The position numbers and the translations under genes were made by a program. Shown one piece after another: positions 57,801-64,000 of a DNA stretch of 64,000 nt. Numbering within the stretch: the stretch's first letter is position 1; every line of letters begins with the position of its first letter. The notes under the pieces were generated by a model. The model was not told the DNA's origin. It did not search any database and saw nothing but the letters and a program-made list of their open reading frames with translations. This DNA is from a virus (Duplodnaviria; Caudoviricetes): the IMG/VR virus record IMGVR_UViG_3300020037_009644, positions 89,448-153,447 of that record. One strand, written 5' to 3'.

Positions 57801-58304
57801 TTCGTGGATGGGGTGGGTCCACTTGAATTTTGATTTGTTCGAGATTAGCCTTTCTCTCCACTGATAGGTGGTACAATTTCCGAATTCGTCGTGGGCGTAT
57901 TCATAGGGAAACTTAATCATGATCGGAGCATCGGTTTTCAGAAATCGAAGCTTCATCTCATATTCGGCAACGATATCCTTGAGAAGATGGGCGTTTCGAA
58001 TCGTGTCGTCAGCATCGACCCACATTACCCACGGCTGAGATGCAAGAGAAAAACTGTAGTTTCTCGCATCGGCAAAGTCATCGATCAACCCAGATTCGGG
58101 ATCATTGCAGCCATTGTACTCAAAAACTTTGTCGGTATATTTTTTGGCAATATCGATTGAATCATCATTGCCGCCCGTTATCACCACGATAATTTCTTCG
58201 ACGTAATCCTCAAAGGAGGAAAGACAGGCTGCCAATCTCGGTCCCTCGTTTTTACAGATGAGGCAGACGCTGATTGGAGCTTTAATCGATTTGGTTTCTT
58301 CCAT
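54843..58304 (-). CDS. Fusion of GT2, TPR, SAM methyltransferase and GT4 domains (1153 aa)
   Basis: GT2: 'ISVCLICKNE', 'DFADARN', 'VDADD', 'IHE'; TPR-like helices; methyltransferase 'VDFGCMDG'; GT4 'GIGGSE', 'SSPDRG', 'ESSCISAMEALAAG'. Confidence 0.85.
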   Translation of the reverse strand: MEETKSIKAPISVCLICKNEGPRLAACLSSFEDYVEEIIVVITGGNDDSIDIAKKYTDKVFEYNGCNDPESGLIDDFADARNYSFSLASQPWVMWVDADDTIRNAHLLKDIVAEYEMKLRFLKTDAPIMIKFPYEYAHDEFGNCTTYQWRERLISNKSKFKWTHPIHEWILAEDPRTLSNNIETIDNCHNVVFVHNRRDKAVEANRNLRIVEKYLAKHGESEIRILYYAGLEYGNVGNYDKMIEYLTKYIERSGWSHEQYQACIKLGRYYLSNLEYDKCLEMAFKAASLEEKWGEAYFLISQVYFLKSIKGIDQYRNAQRSIHFAEIALNLPPTNTLLFVNPMERKYEYHNVLNIVYSIVGDINGAIRSAELALQARPDDQNTRRNLEKYKRAFHRLAANKELQEIMYNHGISEPQYLKIMNILDGDSGGTSYSAKKNIAPKDVSEDSFFGAAISPHSQAWAIPEENDKHELPAVLSNKQLESSVILIWKQYILHDEILAAISFLENAPVEVRHNYAIEEALRTTEQMVNWIKDPKLMEKFNTPGDPMKESGVPLPGGLFWQEGNRFDLIKNHLDPAPKSLVDFGCMDGCFTNRYGLLGYKVIGLDLCHSSVALANSKSQEFGTGAKHVVTYFKDANEHVEDGSQDYVTTSDSYEHLLDPITEMFKPARKMLNKKSGKFLLVTPYKSWMRGKFVPLADPWVNGKDKNEPWNSGKPRNHLVAPTQWSVVKQLEESGFYVDQSFVSFCSPNSDVPGQGNVFVESWLDQNAPKNDKPLDIIFFVGNGLEQWTPESIKVNGIGGSEYMESALARGLAKLGHKVRVYYGTSPDVEGIFDGARFYTSDKFRNLTCDVLVVSRFANMLNDDYNVTAKIKLLHCHDVVAVNASGKLLLKANKVLGLSRWHVDYLQKGHNLHSEHLRQTRNGIYCSRFENKNIVRNPKKIVVTSSPDRGWDTILDIFPKIKEKVPDAELHLFYGFNNAEVMATQNPGLATEIQRMKNKAESLAHLGVHLRGRVNQNQLADEMLSAGVWTHLTWFTESSCISAMEALAAGCRVVCTDKAALSETASIGALIEGDCFSEEYREKAVSLITEALDNFDQEKAEIQLAYAKENFEINTLVSDWEKMFHEEIEWAKTNPMPPYQPTPAFVNGKPSQQ

Positions 58305-58363
58305 TTATTTTAATTCTTGACTTTTGGATGGTTGCTTTGAAGTTCTTACATAGCTATATCAGA

Positions 58364-61300
58364 TTAAGCGATTTGTTGCACTATTAAATTGGTTCCTGTA
58401 CCCCAAATTTGACCAGACCATGTATTAGTAGCCACGGGGGAATTTAAGTTTCGTGTGTTGATAAAGAACTCTAATTGATCATTAGCGCTAACGCTTACCA
58501 AAAATTCTTTTTGTATTAGTGCGTTACAAACAGTTCTTTTCGGCACCGCGCCCGCAAATTTGGGCGTCGACGCGGATTGTTCTTGCCAGGATTGCGGAAT
58601 GTGAGTTCCTTGAGTTTTTACTCCGTCCGCATTTAATCTACCATAGACCTGAATTTGAGCCCCAGAAGAAACGCCAGAAGCATATATATTGTAATTTATT
58701 TTATATAGCCCAGCTGCATCAAAATTAATAAGGGCAGCGGAGGTTCCAATTGTTGTGTGGCTAACTAAACCGAGCTTCATAATATCAAAAGTAAATGGCA
58801 CCGAAATTCCAGATGGTCCGAATGTGGGTCCATTAACCATGGTTAAACCAAGTTGTAAATAATTATTTCCACCAACGGCTATACCAGGAGAACCTTGTGG
58901 ACCAGGCGGTCCTCCAGATGGTCCGGTCGGTCCTTCAGGTCCAGGAGAACCTTGTGGACCAATTTGTCCTGTTGGTCCCTGCGTTCCAGCCGCAATCAAT
59001 GTACGAAGTTTATCAATTGCATTTTGAATTGTTGGAGCTGATCCGATGGGAATTAACGTTGGCGTCGCACCCAAACGATCATTGTAAAAGATTCTGTCGG
59101 CAGATATTGCCATACCAGTAGGATTACCTACGTTATGAATAGTAGTTCCGACGCCTGTTTGTAAGAATCCAATACCTTCTGTATAAGTCGACGCAGCGTG
59201 GAACATTTGCACTTTAGATGATGCTGGTACAGAAAATAATGGTCTATTAGTTTGACCTATTACTTGAGATTGGGTTAACGTAACGGTTAAAAATGTGGTA
59301 TTACCCAAGCCAATTAATGCTGCGTTTCCGAATCTTTGATCTAATACACTGTTTCTAATAGAAATATCAGCTAAGGTAAATTGTCCAACTTGAAATTGAG
59401 GAATGCTTCCTCCAAGATTTTGGATAGAACCTTCTTCAATATCTATTGTACAAGTTCCCGCTGAAGCCGAAATGATTGGAGTGGTAGATGCGTTGGTGGT
59501 GAAATTGATTCTGAATCCCATTAAATGTGCATCAGATCCTAAATTGACCCCATCTAATAAGTTTACAGCGTTTCCTGTTGGATCCGTTGAGGTCCAAAAG
59601 ATATGCGTCCAATCGTATGTTCCAGAAGGAACATCTCTGTTTCCTCCTCCGGCAGGATTAGTTACACAAATAATTGCTCTGTTATTACAGCGAGCAAGTT
59701 TATTAGCCAAATCTTCCCAAGTTTCTTCTTGTTCCCAGACTAAATAAGTTGGGCTATTATCATTGATAAATACATTTAACGTTGAATTTGTTGCAATGGA
59801 AGTTGCAAGATTTCCAGAAATATTGATACTATCAAATCTGCCTTGTGCTGTCGGTGTAGATGTTGGGCTCCATGAGAAGTTGGGACCAGAATAAGATCCG
59901 CCGCCCCCACCAACACCAGGTGAACCTTGAAGACCGGGGCTACCTTGAACTCCCGGAGAACCTTGAGCGCCTTGTGATCCTTGTGTACCAACTAAACCAG
60001 GCGATCCCTGGATACCCTGGATACCTTGCGTTCCAATTCCAGGAGAACCCTGAATGCCTTGTAAACCAGGAGATCCTTGTGGACCCGGAATGCCCGAAGC
60101 AACAAGTGTTTTTAATTTATCAATTGCATTTTGAACAGTGGGTGCAGATCCAACTGGAATTAATGTTGGAGATAATTGAGAATCATCATAATAAATACGA
60201 TTAGCAGCTACAGCCATGCCAGTAGGATTACCAACATTAAAAATTGTTGTGCCGATACCAGTTTGTAATAAACCAATTCCTTCTGTAAATGTAGAGCCAG
60301 AATGATTTATAGTTACTTTAGAAGTTAATGGGACTGAAAAAAGAGGTCTATTGGTTTGACCAATAACTTGTGACTGACTTAATGTAAGAGTTACAAATGT
60401 GTTGTCTCCAAGACCAAACATTGCCGCATTGCCAAATCTTTGATCTAGTGTGCTATTTCTTATAGAAATATCTGAAGATGCAAATTGTCCAATTTGGAAC
60501 TGTGGAATATTTCCACCAAGATTTTGGATAGAACCTTCTTCAAGATCTATTGTACAAGTTCCCGCTGATGTAGAAATGATAGGTGTAGATGTTGCATTGG
60601 TAGTAATGCTAACTCTAAATCCCATTAAATGTGCATTTGATCCTAAATTAACCCCGTCTAGTAAGTTTATATTATTTCCAATTGGGTCTGTCGATGTCCA
60701 ATAGATATGCTCCCAGTCATATGTACCTGCTGGTACATCTCTACTCCCTCCACCAGCGGGATTCATTACACAGATGATAGCTTTGTTATTACAAGACTCA
60801 AGTTTAACTGCAAGATCTCCCCAAGTTTCTTCTTCTTCCCAAATAATATATTTAGGACCATGGTTATCTATAATTATGTTTGCAACGCCATTGGTTCCAA
60901 TAGCTGTGACTTGATTTCCAGAAAAATTAATCCTGTCAAATCTTCCAATCGTTGTGGGGGTTGAAGTGGGGCTGATTGAAATGTTAGGACCAGAATATGA
61001 GCTTCCGGCGCCGGGAGATCCTTGTAAACCTGGCGATCCTTGTGGACCAATAGTTCCTACAGTTCCAGGAGAACCCTGAATGCCTTGTGCTCCAGTCGTT
61101 CCGACGAGCCCAGGGGATCCTTGAACACCTGGACTTCCCTGATTACCTTGAGTACCAACAAGCCCCGGAGACCCTTGTGGTCCTATTGTTCCGGCTGGTC
61201 CCGCAGATCCTTGAATTCCTTGTAACCCTGGCGAGCCTTGAACACCTTGCGTTCCGACAAGTCCCGGACTGCCTTGCGGTCCAATAGTACCAACTAACCC

Positions 61301-63526
61301 TGGCGAGCCCTGATTGCCTTGTGGACCTATAGTCCCAGCTGGTCCAGCTGAGCCTTGGTTACCCTGAATTCCAGGGCTACCTTGAACTCCTTGTATACCT
61401 TGTGTTCCAACCAAACCGGGACTACCTTGTGGACCTATTGTTCCAGCAGGACCAGCGGAACCTTGAACGCCCTGTGTTCCTACAAGTCCGGGTGAACCCT
61501 GATTGCCTTGTAATCCTGGTGAGCCTTGAATACCCTGAACACCTTGCGTACCGACTAAACCAGGGCTACCTTGTGGACCAATTAATCCAGGAGATCCTTG
61601 TATACCTTGATTGCCTTGAGTGCCAACCAATCCAGGTGATCCTTGTGGTCCTATGGTTCCTGCTGGTCCTGCGGAACCTTGATTTCCTTGAATACCAGGT
61701 GATCCCTGAATACCTTGTGATCCTTGTGTACCAACTAAGCCCGGCGAACCTTGAACACCTTGCGTTCCGACAAGACCAGGGCTACCTTGTAACCCAGGAG
61801 ATCCCTGATTTCCTTGAGGTCCAATAGTTCCGGCAGGACCAGCTGACCCTTGAATGCCCTGAGTTCCTGGTGACCCTTGATTGCCTTGAGGACCTATTGT
61901 TCCAGCAGGTCCTGCGGAACCTTGGATACCTTGTAAACCTGGAGATCCCTGTGGACCTATTGTTCCGGCAGGACCCGCCGACCCCTGAGGTCCATTTAAA
62001 CCTGGACTTCCTTGGGCGCCTTGCGTTCCGACTAATCCCGGAGATCCTTGGAGTCCTGGCGATCCCTGGATTCCCTGAGTTCCTGGTGATCCTTGAGTTC
62101 CTGGTGATCCTTGAATTCCTTGGATACCTTGAGTTCCAACTAGCCCCGGACTCCCTTGGTTTCCTTGAGGTCCAACTGTTCCAGCAGGACCAGCAGAACC
62201 TTGGGCGCCTTGCTGTCCTGGAGATCCCTGAATTCCCGGACTTCCTTGTGGTCCGATAGTGCCAGCAGGACCAGCAGAGCCTTGATTACCTTGAATTCCT
62301 GGACTTCCCTGAATTCCTTGAGTTCCAACTACGCCAGGAGAGCCTTGAATCCCCTGAGTTCCTACGAGACCAGGCGAACCCTGTGGTCCAATAGTACCAA
62401 CTGGTCCGGCAGAACCTTGAATTCCTTGTGAGCCGGGAGAGCCTTGCAACCCAGGAGATCCTTGTGGTCCGGCGACACCTGTATTTCCCCTGGTCCCAAC
62501 AAGACCGGGAGATCCTTGAATACCCGGAGATCCTTGTAATCCCTGCGTGCCAACTAATCCTGGCGATCCCTGTGGACCAACTGTCCCTGCGGGACCCGCA
62601 GAACCTTGAATTCCTTGTGGTCCAGGGCTGCCTTGTATACCTTGTGTTCCTACGAGTCCCGGGCTGCCTTGAATTCCGATAGTTCCAACAAGACCAGGTG
62701 ATCCTTGCGCTCCTTGAGTCCCTACTAAACCGGGGCTACCTTGAATTCCAGGAGATCCCAGTGGACCTATTGTTCCGGCTGGTCCAGCAGAACCTTGGAT
62801 ACCTTGAACTCCAGGAGATCCTTGCGCTCCAACTGTTCCAGCAGGACCAGCGGAGCCTTGAATACCAGGCGAACCTTGTAATCCTGGACTCCCTTGGACG
62901 CCCTGTGTCCCAACTAACCCTGGACTTCCTTGAATACCGGCAGAGCCTTGAGTTCCGACCAAACCAGGAGATCCTTGAGGACCAACATTTCCCTGAGTTC
63001 CGACCAAACCAGGCGAACCCTGGGGTCCGATAGTACCAGCTGGTCCGGCAGAACCTTGTGAGCCTTGTAATCCTGGGCTTCCTTGTGTTCCGGGAGAACC
63101 TTGAGCTCCGACAAGTCCAGGAGAGCCTTGGGGACCAATGTTTCCTGGAGAGCCTTGGGTTCCAGGCGAGCCCTGCAATCCAGTAGCTCCAATCGTTCCA
63201 ACTAGACCGGGGCTTCCCTGGATTCCTTGTGGTCCTGGCGATCCTTGATTGCCTTGTGTCCCAACAAAACCAGGCGACCCTTGATTACCTGGAGATCCTT
63301 GGTTTCCAGCTGAACCTTGGACTCCCGGCGAACCTTGAATTCCTTGTGGACCAATAGCTCCCGGAGATCCTTGACTACCTGGGCTGCCTTGATTTCCCTG
63401 TAAACCAGGAGATCCCTGAGATCCTGGATCTCCTTGAGGTCCAGGGGATCCCGGACTTCCTTGAGGACCAGCTTCTCCGGTAGCCCCTTGTGGTCCTCGA
63501 AATGGTTTTGCAAAACCTTGACTCAT
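58364..63526 (-). CDS. Collagen-like fibre protein with duplicated globular domain and C1q/BclA-like C-terminus (1720 aa)
   Basis: 276 Gly-X-Y triplets, two ~303-aa repeats separated by short collagen, terminal 'AGLYKINYNI'. Confidence 0.9.
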   Translation of the reverse strand: MSQGFAKPFRGPQGATGEAGPQGSPGSPGPQGDPGSQGSPGLQGNQGSPGSQGSPGAIGPQGIQGSPGVQGSAGNQGSPGNQGSPGFVGTQGNQGSPGPQGIQGSPGLVGTIGATGLQGSPGTQGSPGNIGPQGSPGLVGAQGSPGTQGSPGLQGSQGSAGPAGTIGPQGSPGLVGTQGNVGPQGSPGLVGTQGSAGIQGSPGLVGTQGVQGSPGLQGSPGIQGSAGPAGTVGAQGSPGVQGIQGSAGPAGTIGPLGSPGIQGSPGLVGTQGAQGSPGLVGTIGIQGSPGLVGTQGIQGSPGPQGIQGSAGPAGTVGPQGSPGLVGTQGLQGSPGIQGSPGLVGTRGNTGVAGPQGSPGLQGSPGSQGIQGSAGPVGTIGPQGSPGLVGTQGIQGSPGVVGTQGIQGSPGIQGNQGSAGPAGTIGPQGSPGIQGSPGQQGAQGSAGPAGTVGPQGNQGSPGLVGTQGIQGIQGSPGTQGSPGTQGIQGSPGLQGSPGLVGTQGAQGSPGLNGPQGSAGPAGTIGPQGSPGLQGIQGSAGPAGTIGPQGNQGSPGTQGIQGSAGPAGTIGPQGNQGSPGLQGSPGLVGTQGVQGSPGLVGTQGSQGIQGSPGIQGNQGSAGPAGTIGPQGSPGLVGTQGNQGIQGSPGLIGPQGSPGLVGTQGVQGIQGSPGLQGNQGSPGLVGTQGVQGSAGPAGTIGPQGSPGLVGTQGIQGVQGSPGIQGNQGSAGPAGTIGPQGNQGSPGLVGTIGPQGSPGLVGTQGVQGSPGLQGIQGSAGPAGTIGPQGSPGLVGTQGNQGSPGVQGSPGLVGTTGAQGIQGSPGTVGTIGPQGSPGLQGSPGAGSSYSGPNISISPTSTPTTIGRFDRINFSGNQVTAIGTNGVANIIIDNHGPKYIIWEEEETWGDLAVKLESCNNKAIICVMNPAGGGSRDVPAGTYDWEHIYWTSTDPIGNNINLLDGVNLGSNAHLMGFRVSITTNATSTPIISTSAGTCTIDLEEGSIQNLGGNIPQFQIGQFASSDISIRNSTLDQRFGNAAMFGLGDNTFVTLTLSQSQVIGQTNRPLFSVPLTSKVTINHSGSTFTEGIGLLQTGIGTTIFNVGNPTGMAVAANRIYYDDSQLSPTLIPVGSAPTVQNAIDKLKTLVASGIPGPQGSPGLQGIQGSPGIGTQGIQGIQGSPGLVGTQGSQGAQGSPGVQGSPGLQGSPGVGGGGGSYSGPNFSWSPTSTPTAQGRFDSINISGNLATSIATNSTLNVFINDNSPTYLVWEQEETWEDLANKLARCNNRAIICVTNPAGGGNRDVPSGTYDWTHIFWTSTDPTGNAVNLLDGVNLGSDAHLMGFRINFTTNASTTPIISASAGTCTIDIEEGSIQNLGGSIPQFQVGQFTLADISIRNSVLDQRFGNAALIGLGNTTFLTVTLTQSQVIGQTNRPLFSVPASSKVQMFHAASTYTEGIGFLQTGVGTTIHNVGNPTGMAISADRIFYNDRLGATPTLIPIGSAPTIQNAIDKLRTLIAAGTQGPTGQIGPQGSPGPEGPTGPSGGPPGPQGSPGIAVGGNNYLQLGLTMVNGPTFGPSGISVPFTFDIMKLGLVSHTTIGTSAALINFDAAGLYKINYNIYASGVSSGAQIQVYGRLNADGVKTQGTHIPQSWQEQSASTPKFAGAVPKRTVCNALIQKEFLVSVSANDQLEFFINTRNLNSPVATNTWSGQIWGTGTNLIVQQIA
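58985..61000 (-). repeat. Intragenic duplication of a ~910-nt domain (60092-61000 and 58985-59896)
   Basis: 'SYSGPN...GRFD.IN.SGN...NPAGGG.RDVP.GTYDW...QNAIDKL' occurs twice. Confidence 0.9.
61013..63496 (-). repeat. Gly-X-Y collagen repeat (GSP/GLV/GTQ/GIQ/GSA/GPA/GTI/GPQ)
   Basis: 2484 nt = 276 triplets; Gly register is consistent at both ends and I saw no break; synonymous codons are diversified. Confidence 0.95.
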
Positions 63527-63527
63527 C

Positions 63528-63860
63528 TTAGGTTACCTCGATCCCAAAACATTGAAAAGAAACATTAGAAAGACTAGATTTAACTCTAATGACGTCAGTG
63601 GCTCCAAGAGTTACCCCGATTGTTGCAATGAAAGTATCATTGTTTTCCATTGGTAAATCGAAATAAAGATATTGTTTAACCTCATCAACAGCTCCGCCCA
63701 CTGCCAAAGAAATTGAAAAAGTTATATCGGAAGATCCGTTGCAGTTACAAATTGTTATTGACGAAACAGCGCAGGTTTTTCCAACAGCAACGGTATACAA
63801 ATCTGTCAAAACGTTTGCTGATGGAGAAATTTGACTTAAGATTCGAAGTGTCTCAGCCAT
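63528..63860 (-). CDS. Small all-beta virion-associated protein (110 aa)
   Basis: 'DLYTV...VSSITICN...TIGVTLGATDVIRV...SFQCFGIE' resembles, from memory, a small protein common beside phage fibre genes; GGAG SD; stop 1 nt before the collagen ATG. Confidence 0.7.
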   Translation of the reverse strand: MAETLRILSQISPSANVLTDLYTVAVGKTCAVSSITICNCNGSSDITFSISLAVGGAVDEVKQYLYFDLPMENNDTFIATIGVTLGATDVIRVKSSLSNVSFQCFGIEVT

Positions 63861-64000
63861 TTTTATGCTCCCATAAAGACAAAGATTTTTTTGAATCCGG
63901 AATTATCGACAATAACTACTGCAGTAACTATTGATCAAAAGCCACTGGTGTTAATAGTTGCATCAATTTAAGTTGCAATACAAATCTGAACTGCTGTAAT

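Noticed and set aside
58985-61000. Diversity-generating retroelement TR/VR pair
   Set aside because: Both copies are ~900 nt and coding, differences are not adenine-specific, and no reverse transcriptase is present.
61013-63496. CRISPR array
   Set aside because: Periodicity is 9 nt from Gly-X-Y codons inside one ORF; there is no repeat-spacer structure and no cas gene.
1-64000. Stop-codon reassignment as in some jumbo phages
   Set aside because: Genes tile densely in the standard code, and TAG, TGA and TAA all end genes cleanly.
63863-64000. 3' end of an upstream gene ending ...GFKKIFVFMGA*
   Set aside because: The ending looks like a phage fibre-gene C-terminus, but in-frame stops at 63935-63937 and 63968-63970 interrupt it. 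Pseudogene, frameshift or sequence error cannot be resolved at the window edge.
1-64000. tRNA or rRNA genes
   Set aside because: No cloverleaf/T-loop signature or rRNA-like sequence seen in the few intergenic gaps.

Overview
This window is the virion-morphogenesis region of a large (jumbo-type) contractile-tailed bacteriophage. It uses the standard genetic code and is almost entirely on the minus strand. Reading in transcription order (right to left) it contains: a very long collagen-like fibre gene; a sugar-synthesis and glycosyltransferase island (GT2-TPR-methyltransferase-GT4 fusion, GT4, cupin, NDP-sugar C-methyltransferase, RmlB, Gfo/Idh/MocA reductase); IscS-like and cold-shock genes; neck proteins and two metallopeptidase genes; a ~900-bp non-coding region; a holin-like gene; a large fibre-like protein; then tail terminator, sheath, tube, tail chaperone with a -1 frameshift, tape measure, tube initiator, hub, spike, gp25-like, baseplate J-like and a giant LamG-bearing wedge. 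Three free-standing putative homing endonucleases are interspersed. The most interesting signals are: (1) a DGY tripeptide found 22 times by manual count, only in seven probably surface-exposed virion proteins, next to a candidate virion-glycosylation pathway for a C-methyl-branched deoxysugar; (2) a promoter- and terminator-bounded, hairpin-dense ~520-nt non-coding unit rich in GATC; (3) a candidate phage late-promoter motif at fixed distance from start codons, one copy lying in the loop of a 13-bp hairpin that masks a start codon. All functional calls come from motif recognition and gene order; no database searches were run.
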